Shown piece after piece: positions 1 to 11,757 of a DNA stretch of 64,000 bases. The translations under genes were made by a program, and so were the position numbers. Source of the stretch: an uncultured Chloroflexia bacterium (GTDB taxonomy: Bacteria > Chloroflexota > Anaerolineae > JAAYZQ01); the NCBI GenBank assembly GCA_963700285.1, contig CAVOXA010000006.1, positions 32,001 through 96,000 on the forward strand, written 5' to 3'. Under the pieces are notes generated by a model. That model was not told where the DNA came from and searched no databases. It worked only from the letters and a program-made list of their open reading frames with translations. How positions within the stretch are numbered: the first letter of the stretch is position 1; each line of letters begins with the position of its first letter.

Positions 1-764
1 AGGGCCTGGACATGATGCATGATCCGGCCTGCAACAGCGCGCACCTGTTCGTGATCCTCGACATCGCCGGCAAAGTGCAGGGGCAGGCCCACGGTGATGG
101 CATAGGGGCCAGTGGTGTAAAAGTAGGCAATCGCCTTGTCGCCGCCCAATTCCACTCCGGTTAAGCGGATGCGATCGCGCCGCAGGCCAATGCCGATGGG
201 GATCACGGGCGCGCCGGTACGCAGGGCTACCCGGCCCACGCCGCTGTGGGGCGGGTGCAAGCCGCCGGCCAGCGGGCTGAGGGCACCCTCGGGAAAGATG
301 GCCACGCTGCGCCCGGCCTCCACCCGGCGGACCAGGGTATCGACCGTCGCGCCACTGCTGCCCCGGACAGCGGGCAGGTGCCCTGCCGCACGCAGGTAGC
401 TGCCTACCACGGGAACGTCAAAGAGGTCAGCCGTAATCAAAAAGCTCACCGGCTCTGACAGCAGGGTGAGGAGGTAGAGCGGGTCGGTGGTCGTGGGGTG
501 GTTGGCTGCCAGGATCTTGGGACCCTCTGGCATGGGCGCGTGCCACCGCATGTCCAGGTCGAGCATGAGGCGGGTGCAAGCGGACATGAGCGAGCGCCCC
601 ATTGTATATAGAGCTTTTCCTGAGCGGACCCTTTTCCCGACGGAGGCTTTCTCCCATGGCGCCAGGCTTGTGGCCTGTGGGATGGAGGGCCGTGAGTTAG
701 GTTGGCCATTTTTCGTTGGTTCGTTTGCTGGCAGTTCACCAGCGATGAGCTCCGCAGAGAACAT
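1..764 (-). CDS. 1-acyl-sn-glycerol-3-phosphate acyltransferase (PlsC family), 3' end runs off the window
   Basis: Manual translation from ATG at 764 (RBS GAAAGGA): ...GPKILAANHPTTTDPL...VAIFPEGALS...GVGRVALRTGAPVIPIGI. Contains the NHxxxxD and FPEG acyltransferase motifs. Absent from the ORF track because there is no stop in the window. Confidence 0.88.
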   Translation of the reverse strand, partial: MFSAELIAGELPANEPTKNGQPNSRPSIPQATSLAPWEKASVGKRVRSGKALYTMGRSLMSACTRLMLDLDMRWHAPMPEGPKILAANHPTTTDPLYLLTLLSEPVSFLITADLFDVPVVGSYLRAAGHLPAVRGSSGATVDTLVRRVEAGRSVAIFPEGALSPLAGGLHPPHSGVGRVALRTGAPVIPIGIGLRRDRIRLTGVELGGDKAIAYFYTTGPYAITVGLPLHFAGDVEDHEQVRAVAGRIMHHVQA

Positions 765-822
765 GGTGGCATCCTTTCTTTCAGGTAGGGTTGGCGGAAG
801 GATACCGGACAACGGGGTGTAG

Positions 823-845
823 TGTCATGTACCCAGAGGTACATT
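823..845 (-). promoter_or_regulatory. Palindromic operator-like motif overlapping the -35 of the plsC promoter
   Basis: Minus strand AATGTACCTCTGGGTACATGACA (ATGTAC-N6-GTACAT), then 18 bp and TATCCT. 19/23 identical to 1745-1767. Confidence 0.55.
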
Positions 846-878
846 GGGGGGTACATTGGTAGCCGGGAGTCTGCACGC

Positions 879-907
879 TTGACACCCCGGTAGCTCTGCG
901 CTAAGAT
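879..907 (+). promoter_or_regulatory. sigma70-type promoter for the SGNH hydrolase gene
   Basis: TTGACA-17bp-TAAGAT, 45 bp upstream of ATG 952. Confidence 0.6.
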
Positions 908-951
908 CGGGTATCGATATGGGGGCCAGGTGCAAAGGTTGAGATGATCCG

Positions 952-1656
952 ATGAGGATTGCCTTCTTTGGTGACAGCCTGACGTCAGGGGTGCCGGGTA
1001 GCTCCTACGTTGCCATCTTGCGCAAGCGATTTCCCGAGGATACGCTGCTCAACTATGGCAAGGGCAATGACACAGTCGTCAGCCTGCATCGCAGAGTCTC
1101 GGCCATGCGGTTTGACAAACCCCTGGACATGATCTTCCTGTGGATCGGGGTGAACGATGTGCCCCAGACAGACCGTTGGCTGTATCGTGCCTTCCACACG
1201 CTGCTGATGCAGCCCCGGGCCAGGGACAGAGACGAGTTCGAGGCCAGTTTCCGGGCCACTCTGACTGTTTTGTGCGCCAAAGCCGGGCGCGTGATCGTAG
1301 CACCGCCTGCCCTCAAAGGAGAGGATCTGGACAACCCCTGTAATCAGCGGCTGCGGGACCTGGCGGGCTTGATCAAAGAGATCACAGCCGAATGCGCAAA
1401 GGCCGAATTCCTGGATCTTCAGGCGGTCTTTGCCCGGGAGCTGCCGACGAGGCCTGGTTGGGAGCGCGTTTCCAGGAATCCCATACGTGTCCCGCTGGAT
1501 GTCTTGACCCTCCGGACTGACAGGCTGGTCGACGCCGCAGCAGCCGGGCGAGGGCTACGCCTGACCCTGGACGGCGTTCATCTGAACAGCGCCGGCGCCA
1601 GTCTCGTGGCCGAAGAGCTTGCGACGGTGATTGACAGGTGGCGCGCTGGCTGCTGA
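952..1656 (+). CDS. SGNH/GDSL family hydrolase (lipase/esterase)
   Basis: FFGDSLT block I, GVND block III, DGVHLN block V. Confidence 0.9.
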   Translation: MRIAFFGDSLTSGVPGSSYVAILRKRFPEDTLLNYGKGNDTVVSLHRRVSAMRFDKPLDMIFLWIGVNDVPQTDRWLYRAFHTLLMQPRARDRDEFEASFRATLTVLCAKAGRVIVAPPALKGEDLDNPCNQRLRDLAGLIKEITAECAKAEFLDLQAVFARELPTRPGWERVSRNPIRVPLDVLTLRTDRLVDAAAAGRGLRLTLDGVHLNSAGASLVAEELATVIDRWRAGC

Positions 1657-1744
1657 CCAGCGTGACACCGGCGCGTTTGGCTGCGCTGTGCTTTCCCCTG
1701 TGCGCCAGGGTCTCTGGAGCGCAACCCCAGGTCGAGTATCGACA

Positions 1745-1790
1745 AATGTATCTTTTGGCACATGACAGTTTCCAGAACTTGTGCGATAAT
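1745..1790 (+). promoter_or_regulatory. Operator-like motif plus promoter upstream of the membrane protein/LuxR genes
   Basis: AATGTATCTTTTGGCACATGACA, then 17 bp and GATAAT; second copy of the 823-845 motif in the same position relative to the promoter. Confidence 0.55.
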
Positions 1791-1870
1791 GGGCCGGCGT
1801 GCAGTTGACCGGTGTGCAACCCAGATTGGATGTCGCGCCCTGGGTACAAACTCTGTCCGGAGACAGGTCG

Positions 1871-2587
1871 ATGGCGAACAACCATGAAACAGAAAGCGGC
1901 CCCGGATTCGACAAGCCGCCTTTTCTCTACGAGATCCGGGTCAAGGGGCGCCTGTATGGCGAGCAGTGGGCGGCATGGTTCGACGATCTGGCACTCTCTG
2001 CTTCCGAAGGCGAGTCCACACTTCGAGGGAGGGCAGTCGACCATGCCGCGCTGTACGGCTTGCTCGCCAGGCTTCAGGATCTGGCCATACCGCTGATCGC
2101 TGTCCAGGTCCTCGATGCTGACACCCAGCTCGAACTGGCCCGCCAGAGCAGGCGGTACGACCTGGCCATCAACATCCTTTTGGGGCTGATCTATCTGACC
2201 CTGCTGGGCGGCTTGATCGCGGCCACCGTCTTTGTGGCGCCGATCATCAACCCGTCCCTTGCCCTGGCCCTGCTCATGGCCCTGATCGGCGGCCTGGCCC
2301 ATGCTTTCTGGCTCTGGAGCGATCAGCCAGCCTGGCGCTGGATCAGCTTTGTAGCCTGGCCTGCTGCAGCCATCAGCTTCTTGGTCTTTATCCCCGTGTC
2401 GGGCTTGTTGCCAACCGCGCTGGCTCTGGCCGTCACCTGCTTCTTTGCCGCAGGCGGCCTGGTATACGCCCTGTATCTGCTGCGGCGCCGTGCGCAGGGC
2501 ACCAAAGACCGTCTCGCCGGAGGCGAACTCCTCTTCGCGGCTGGGGAAGAGGAGACAACAGAGCGCGACGGTCCTTCCGCGGATTGA
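1871..2587 (+). CDS. Membrane protein: N-terminal small ACT-like domain plus about 4 transmembrane helices
   Basis: YEIRVKGRL...WAAWFDDL...DHAALYGLLARLQDLAIPLIAV resembles small proteins usually found beside MalT-like LuxR genes; hydrophobic C-terminal half. Confidence 0.7.
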   Translation: MANNHETESGPGFDKPPFLYEIRVKGRLYGEQWAAWFDDLALSASEGESTLRGRAVDHAALYGLLARLQDLAIPLIAVQVLDADTQLELARQSRRYDLAINILLGLIYLTLLGGLIAATVFVAPIINPSLALALLMALIGGLAHAFWLWSDQPAWRWISFVAWPAAAISFLVFIPVSGLLPTALALAVTCFFAAGGLVYALYLLRRRAQGTKDRLAGGELLFAAGEEETTERDGPSAD

Positions 2588-2614
2588 GACTGGGGTTTCC
2601 GGTTTGCTAGCGCA

Positions 2615-3967
2615 ATGACCATCGATCGCTTGTTATCCACCAGACTGCAGGTCCCCCCGCTCAGGCCCGACGCGGTCGAGCGGCCGCTTCTGGCTGCCCG
2701 GCTTGAGGACGGCCTGCGCCTCGGGCACCGCCTGACGCTGCTTTCCGCGCCAGCAGGCTTTGGCAAGACGACGCTGATCAGGGAGTGGATCGATGCGACA
2801 GATAGGCGGGTTGCCTGGCTATCGGTAGATGAAGGGGATAACGACGTCGCGCACTTTTTGCGCTACCTGGTGGCGAGTCTCGGCCAGGTGGATGATCAGC
2901 TCGTGGGGGCGCCTCTACCATCTACGTTCTCTCCATCTCCCCGGGAGCTGCTGGTGTCCCTCATCAATGGCCTGGCCGCAACCGAAAGAAACCTGCTGCT
3001 CGTCATCGACGACTATCACCTGATCCGCAGTTTCTCTGTGCATGACCTGATCGCCTTTGTCCTGGAAAACCAGCCACGCAATCTTCACGTCGTGGTCGCC
3101 ACACGCGAGGATCCGCCCCTGCCACTCGCCCGTATGCGGGCACGCGAGCAGGTTACAGAGATCCGCGAGCGCGCCCTGCGCTTCACCGTAGAGGAAGCGG
3201 AGGTGTTCCTCAACCAGACGATGAATCTGGGCCTATCCCAAGCCCTGGTCGCCACGCTGACGTCGCGCGCCGAAGGGTGGATCACGGGCCTGCAACTTGC
3301 TGGGCTTGCGCTGCGCCAGACGGGCAGCATCGAAGAGTTCGTGGCCGATTTTTCCGGGGATGACCGCTATATCGTCGATTACCTTCTGGCTGAGGTACTG
3401 GAGCGCCAGCCAGCAGCGGTGCGCCATTTCTTGCGGCAGACCTCTATCCTGACCCGGCTCTGTGCCCCTCTGTGCGACGCCCTCACCGGCCGGGATGACT
3501 CGCAAGCCATGCTGGAGCAACTCGAGGCGGCCAACCTCTTTCTTGTCGCCCTCGACCACCGGCGTGAGTGGTACCGGTACCACGTCCTTTTTTCGGAGGC
3601 ATTGCGGCTGGGGCTGACTGTGCAGGAGCAGGTTGCGTTGCATGAGAAGGCGGGGAGTTGGTTCCAGGTCCACGAGATGGAGCCATTCGCCAGACATCAC
3701 GCCCGCCTGGCAGCCGAGATGGCCAGGACGCCGGACCCATCCCGGCGACAGGCCATGGAGAACCAATCGCTGATCGAGCCGCTGAGCGAACGAGAGATGG
3801 AGGTACTCCACCTGATCGCCGCCGGACTTTCGAACCGGGAGATTGCCGGCCGGCTGTTCATCGCTCCCGGCACGGTCAAGCGCCACAGCAACAACATCTA
3901 TGGCAAACTGGGTGTGCGCAGTCGCACACAAGCGGTGGCGCGATCCAGAGACCTGGGGCTGCTGTAG
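2615..3967 (+). CDS. MalT-like STAND NTPase-LuxR transcriptional regulator, short 450 aa form
   Basis: Walker [10 protein letters not shown], Walker [24 protein letters not shown]-terminal LSEREMEVL...NREIA...[23 protein letters not shown]. Confidence 0.92.
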   Translation: MTIDRLLSTRLQVPPLRPDAVERPLLAARLEDGLRLGHRLTLLSAPAGFGKTTLIREWIDATDRRVAWLSVDEGDNDVAHFLRYLVASLGQVDDQLVGAPLPSTFSPSPRELLVSLINGLAATERNLLLVIDDYHLIRSFSVHDLIAFVLENQPRNLHVVVATREDPPLPLARMRAREQVTEIRERALRFTVEEAEVFLNQTMNLGLSQALVATLTSRAEGWITGLQLAGLALRQTGSIEEFVADFSGDDRYIVDYLLAEVLERQPAAVRHFLRQTSILTRLCAPLCDALTGRDDSQAMLEQLEAANLFLVALDHRREWYRYHVLFSEALRLGLTVQEQVALHEKAGSWFQVHEMEPFARHHARLAAEMARTPDPSRRQAMENQSLIEPLSEREMEVLHLIAAGLSNREIAGRLFIAPGTVKRHSNNIYGKLGVRSRTQAVARSRDLGLL

Positions 3968-3984
3968 AAGAGTGCCGCCGATCT

Positions 3985-4866
3985 TTATGTAGATTCGACG
4001 CGCTTATCTTCGTGCTGCCCAACTAGGCTCAGGTATGTATTCAGGCGCCGGCGAGCGGCTGCGCTCTCGGAGGTCAAGCCAAGCCGCCCGGAAATGACGA
4101 AAGTAGCCAGACATTCCATCGCGAGCGCGAAATCCAGTCTTTTCTCATCGATGTCGCTTCTGGAGAGCGACCGGTACGCATCGACCAGCGGAGATCGAAG
4201 AGCCGGAAGCTCCGTGATGATAGACGCAAGGTCTTCCTCGTAGAAGCCACGTCTTGTTTCCGCAAAGTCCACGATGGAAATCACAGAGTATCCTTCGAAT
4301 AGCAGATTGGAGATGTTCAAGTCACCATGAATCAGCGATGGTGAGTTCAACCCAAGGGAGCGATGAACCTGCCGCAGATGCGATAGGTAGTCCTCTGCCT
4401 CGAAGTCGCCGTGAAGCTCTTGGGCTAGATCGTCGAAGCGCTCCACTGTGTCGGGTACAACGCACTCCAATGCGACCGACGACAAAAGCCGGTGGATGCT
4501 TACCGCAGCCCGACCTAGTGCGGCAGCAACGGCTCGAGATTCCTGCGCCGGCAACCGCTCGATCTCAGCGACTCTCCTAACCTGTCCGCCCACCTTCGTT
4601 ACTTGTAGCCACAGCGGGGTGTCGGGATGGTCACGCTCTCCGGCGGTAACAGGGATCGGAGTAGACAGACCTGCGTCAATTGGACAGGTCTGAAGGGCCT
4701 GGAGTACTGCTATTTCCCGCTGGATCTTTTTTCGACCATCGCCGATACCAGCGCATCTGCGCCTAGTGAGTTTGCCGACGGTGCCATCTCCCAGGTCGTG
4801 AACCGAACCCCAGAGTCCCACACCTATGGTAGGGAGGGCGGCGAAATCAGCAGTCTGTACATCCAT
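3985..4866 (-). CDS. Aminoglycoside phosphotransferase / kinase-like (APH family) protein
   Basis: Brenner motif IHGDLNISNLL and IVDFAE; codon style differs from neighbouring genes; start uncertain. Confidence 0.78.
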   Translation of the reverse strand: MDVQTADFAALPTIGVGLWGSVHDLGDGTVGKLTRRRCAGIGDGRKKIQREIAVLQALQTCPIDAGLSTPIPVTAGERDHPDTPLWLQVTKVGGQVRRVAEIERLPAQESRAVAAALGRAAVSIHRLLSSVALECVVPDTVERFDDLAQELHGDFEAEDYLSHLRQVHRSLGLNSPSLIHGDLNISNLLFEGYSVISIVDFAETRRGFYEEDLASIITELPALRSPLVDAYRSLSRSDIDEKRLDFALAMECLATFVISGRLGLTSESAAARRRLNTYLSLVGQHEDKRVEST

Positions 4867-4881
4867 CTGGTTGAGAGCCAA

Positions 4882-4933
4882 CTAGCAGCGCAAGTAGGGC
4901 CTTTGTGAACTCTTCGGACTGAATTGGTTGCAT
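4882..4933 (-). pseudogene. 5' stub of a truncated gene (possibly DinB-like)
   Basis: Strong RBS AGGAGG then MQPIQSEEFTKALLALL, which runs into the CTAGTTGG junction of the APH segment and stops soon after. Family call is from memory of similar N-termini. Confidence 0.35.
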
Positions 4934-5198
4934 GGCAAGTGCCTCCTGGTGTCCATAGATCTCTGATCCGCGCAAAGTTGCCAGGCCACGCGAGACCGAG
5001 CGATTCGCCTGCCTGGCGCGGACCCGCTAATTACCCAGACTATATCCCATCTTTGGCTTGGTGGCAAACGCAGGTTGCCGGCCGAGTGTAATGCACTTCA
5101 CAGCGAGTGTGCCTGCGCTACCGGTATACTGTTTGGAGAGCCAAGTTGTGGAATTGGCGGACAAACCGGCGCAATGGCCAGGCGAGGAGACCGCAAGT

Positions 5199-6475
5199 AT
5201 GCTCAGATGGGTGCTCATGAACCTTTTGCTGCTCAGCTTGGCTGCCTGCAGTGGTGGGCAGGCGGTTGGGGTGTCTACTTCTGGTTTCGCCACCCGCGAG
5301 GGTGAGCCGGCACCGGCATCTACCCCGGTCAGCCGAGAGCCGGACCCAACCGTCTCAGCAGCAGACGCGCCAGCCGGCCGGCCGTCGCCCACATCCTCCC
5401 CACCAGTCGTTCCCTCATCAACACCAACCGCAACCCGCGTCCCGACCAGCTCCCCCTCTCCCGCGCCTACTCCGACGTCGACGTATACCGCTACTCCTAC
5501 TCCGACGCCTACGCGCACGCTCACAGCCAGTCCTACCCCTACGCCGCTGCACCCGCTGTCTATCGAGTACATGCGCCAGCAGACCTACCCGGGCAGCGCG
5601 ATCAGCATCGAAGAGACCCTGGCGCCGGGAGCGAACTATGACCGCTATATCGCTTCGTATCTATCGGAGGGCAACCGCATTTATGCCCTTCTGACCGTGC
5701 CACGGGGGGCAAGGCCGCAAAGCGGCTGGCCGGTAATCCTGTTCAATCACGGCTACATCCCGCCTCAACAGTACAGCACGACCGAGCGTTATGTGGCTTA
5801 TGTCGACGTCGATTGCGCGCAGCGGCTACATCGTCTTTCGCTCGGACTATCGGGGGCATGGCAATTCCGAGGGAGAGGCCTGCAAACGGTTATGCGACCG
5901 CGGACTATACGGTCGACGTGCTGAACGCGGTCGAGGCTCTCAAGGACTACCCTGATGCCGATCCGCTCCGGGTCGGCATGTGGGGCCACTCCATGGGCGG
6001 CGGGATCACCTTGCGGACGATGGTCACCACTTCCGACATCAAGGCCGGTGTAGTCTGGGCCGGGACGGTGGCCTCGTATGCAGAGCTATTCGAGCGCAGG
6101 TGGGGCTCAGGCGCCGGGGACGGCAACCCTCTGCCGACGCTCGATGCCGACAGTCAGCGGTGGCGCTGGCTGCCGGAGATGCTGGAAACGTACGGCCCTC
6201 CCGAGGAGAATCCAGCGTTCTACGCCGCAATCTCGCCCAACAGCTACCTGGGCGATTTGTCGGGCCCAATCCAACTCCACCATGGCACCGCCGATACCTC
6301 GGTCCCCGTGGAGTATTCCGTGATGTTGGACGCCCAGATTCAGGCAGTGGGGAAACCCGTAGAGCTGTTTACCTACGAGGGCGACAACCACAACATCTCT
6401 GCGAATTTCAGCAGGGCCATGGCGCGCTCCATCCGCTTCCTTGACACCTATGTCAAGGGAGCGGACCGCGACTGA
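5199..6475 (+). CDS. Lipoprotein alpha/beta hydrolase (S9 peptidase-like) with Pro/Thr-rich linker; frameshifts near 5810-5890
   Basis: Lipobox LAAC, PT-rich linker, NHGYIPP, GMWGHSMGG nucleophile elbow, HHGTADTSV, DNHN; spread over ORFs 5058..5924 and 5813..6475. Confidence 0.85.
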
Positions 6476-6546
6476 TGTTGCTGCCCGGGAGCGCATGCCG
6501 GAGAAGAACCTGAGCGATGCTGGCAGGTTCTCCTATCCCTTGCGGT

Positions 6547-6882
6547 TTACGGTCTGCTCACAGTCTGCCAGTCGTCGGTCGCAGGATCAAAGACCCAGAT
6601 CTCATCACTGATTTCATCGGCTGTTTTGCTGGTCAATTCGCCGCCGAACAAGATAGCCTTGTCCACCGAGGGTGCATAGGCCATTGGGAAGTGGGCGCGC
6701 TTGCCAGGGCTCTGTGACGGCGCTAGTGCTTGCCACGAATTGGCGTGATAGTCGTAGGCCCACACGCGCAAGTCCAACTCACCGGGAGTGTAGCCGCCCC
6801 ATAGAAGTACGTGGTCATTTTGGGGGTCGTAGGCCATGCCGTGGTAACCGCGCGCTGGAGGGCTGACTTCCGGCTGCATCAA
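6547..6882 (-). pseudogene. C-terminal fragment of a Kelch-repeat protein
   Basis: Two Kelch-like blades (PPARGYHGMAYD..LLWGG; PGKRAHFPMAY..ILFGG..WVFDP) with no convincing start. Confidence 0.6.
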
Positions 6883-6905
6883 TGAATTGATAGGTGGGTC
6901 TAGCC

Positions 6906-7277
6906 TCAGACGTGTTGGTCGAAGAGGATGGGATTGCCGTCAGGATCCTCTACGATGAGACTGGCGGGACCGGTTGTGCCTTCATCGGCCTCGCTCACAA
7001 AGGTGATCCCCTGTTCTTTCAGGCGGCGCTGAAGCTCGCGCACGTCGGTGAAGGTATCAAGCTCCTTGGCGTTGCTGTCCCAGCCGGGATTAAAAGTCAT
7101 GATGTTCTTGTCGAACATACCTTGGAACAGCCCGATGACGGTATCGCCGTTCTTCATGATCAGCCAGTTCTGGTCGATGTCTCCGCCAAAGACCTGGAAG
7201 CCAAGCTTCTCATAGAAGGCTTTGGAGGCATGGATGTCCTCCACGGCTAGACTGATGGAAAACGTGCCCAGTTGCAT
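6906..7277 (-). CDS. VOC / glyoxalase family protein
   Basis: FSISLAVEDIHASKAFYEKLGF...DPDGNPILFDQHV. Confidence 0.9.
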   Translation of the reverse strand: MQLGTFSISLAVEDIHASKAFYEKLGFQVFGGDIDQNWLIMKNGDTVIGLFQGMFDKNIMTFNPGWDSNAKELDTFTDVRELQRRLKEQGITFVSEADEGTTGPASLIVEDPDGNPILFDQHV

Positions 7278-7366
7278 GTTTGGCTCCTTGTATCAAGAGG
7301 GTATCAAGATGTTCAATCGTCACCCTTGTCGCGGATCTGCCCAATAGCGGATGATTCATTCAGTAA

Positions 7367-7395
7367 ATTATATCATATCAATAACTTGAAGTCAA
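7367..7395 (-). promoter_or_regulatory. sigma70 promoter for the VOC gene
   Basis: TTGACT-17bp-TATAAT. Confidence 0.65.
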
Positions 7396-7462
7396 ATTGG
7401 GAGGGAGATCGAGCCTGTGCCCAGCCGAGATCCTTCGCGGACGCTACCAATGACACCGATCC

Positions 7463-7577
7463 TGTCACTGCGAGGCCCGCTGTTTGGGCCGAAGCACCGC
7501 CACGAGGCCTCGCGGTGGCAGTCTCCACTTGAGCAGCAGGGGGTTGCTTCGTCGGCCTACGGCCTCCTCGCAACGAC
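7463..7577. repeat. REP-like palindromic element, family A (TGTCA(C/T)TGCGAG...CTCGCAA(T/C)GAC)
   Basis: Terminal inverted repeats and internal hairpins; related copies near 11260, 13534, 15195, 34041, 42199, 48965. Confidence 0.75.
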
Positions 7578-7607
7578 GAGGTCGGGCGTCATTCCACACT
7601 GAGTGGC

Positions 7608-7790
7608 ACCCAGGATGGCGTGCCACAGGCCAATGCGACCCGCCTGCAAGGCCGCGGCAAATGGCCGGTCGCCCAAGACCTGCTTCCGCACGACGGCGTG
7701 GACTAAACCCTCGTGCGCTGCCATGAGTCGCACCAGACTGTCTCGGCATCCCGCTTGTGTCTGGCGGAAAAGGGCGGCCCCGGTGGGCTG
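7608..7790 (-). pseudogene. Fragment of a sigma-70 family (region 2-like) gene
   Basis: LFRQTQAGCRDSLVRLMAAHEGLVHAVVRK...ALQAGRIGLWHAILG resembles region 2 (QEGxIGLxxA); breaks off abruptly. Confidence 0.55.
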
Positions 7791-7968
7791 ACCAGGGGAC
7801 TCGGGCGAAAACCTTGGGGTTGAATAGCGGGCTTCAGTTCTGCTTCGAAAGGCCCTCACCCCCGCCCGTTTGGCCTGCCAGGCGCCATGTGGTAGAATCC
7901 AATTACAATCCTCGCGTTGAACCTCACCGGCGAGGCTCGCAAGGGTTCCGTTATCAGGCGTCATGATT

Positions 7969-7982
7969 AGAACAAATTTTCG
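7969..7982 (+). promoter_or_regulatory. Putative LexA (SOS) box upstream of uvrA
   Basis: AGAACAAATTTTCG, one mismatch from GAAC-N4-GTTC; about 175 bp before the uvrA start. Confidence 0.55.
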
Positions 7983-8156
7983 AGTTCTTTATGACAGGAT
8001 CTGACAACAACCTGCGCTAGAATGATAGGGGGTCATGCAGGTCAGCCGCCAGTGCCAGCACAAATCGTCTAATTCGTGAAATTCGTGGCAGAGTCCTGTA
8101 TCCAGCAACCCAGCCACCAGTCCCCGCCAGTACATACAACCGATCGAAAGGACCCT

Positions 8157-11228
<3,072 letters not shown>

Positions 11229-11259
11229 GGCAGCCAGAAGGAAACGGCTTCTGCAACTT

Positions 11260-11345
11260 TGTCACTGCGAGCGCCAGCGAAGCACCGCCGCGAGTCCTCG
11301 CGGTGGCAGTCCCCGATCACGTAGAGGGAGATTGCTTTGGCTCAT
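11260..11345. repeat. REP-like element, family A
   Basis: TGTCACTGCGAGCG...GAAGCACCGCCGCGAGTCCTCGCGGTGGCAGTC...GAGATTGCTT. Confidence 0.7.
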
Positions 11346-11354
11346 ACAACGGGC

Positions 11355-11757
11355 CTACTAATGACACAGGGACAGTTGCTCTGGGCTCCGTGCGGACCAC
11401 AGTCCGCGCCTGGCTGCCAGGTGTGCTGGACTGTGGTCCAGCACGAGCAGAGAGGGGCAGAGGCGCCGAGCCCGGTTAGCCAACCCGTGTAGCAGTACGG
11501 CGAAGGGAGCATCCCATCGTGAAGCTCAAAGATCTGTTCAACGAGGAATCCGTGGCTACTAATGACACAGGGACAGTTGCTCTGGGCTCCGTGCGGACCA
11601 CAGTCCGCGCCTGGCTGCCAGGTGTGCTGGACTGTGGTCCAGCACGAGCAGAGAGGGGCAGAGGCGCCGAGCCCGGTTAGCCAACCCGTGTAGCAGTACG
11701 GCGAAGGGAGCATCCCATCGTGAAGCTCAAAGATCTGTTCAACGAGGAATCCGTGGC
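11355..11757 (+). repeat. 201-bp direct tandem duplication including the first codons of the alkC-like gene
   Basis: CTACTAATGACACAGGG...GAGGAATCCGTGG at 11355 and 11556. Confidence 0.92.

Noticed and set aside
3968-4030. Complete integron attC site or integron
   Set aside because: No extended attC hairpin and no integrase; only core-like junctions, reported as a weaker finding.
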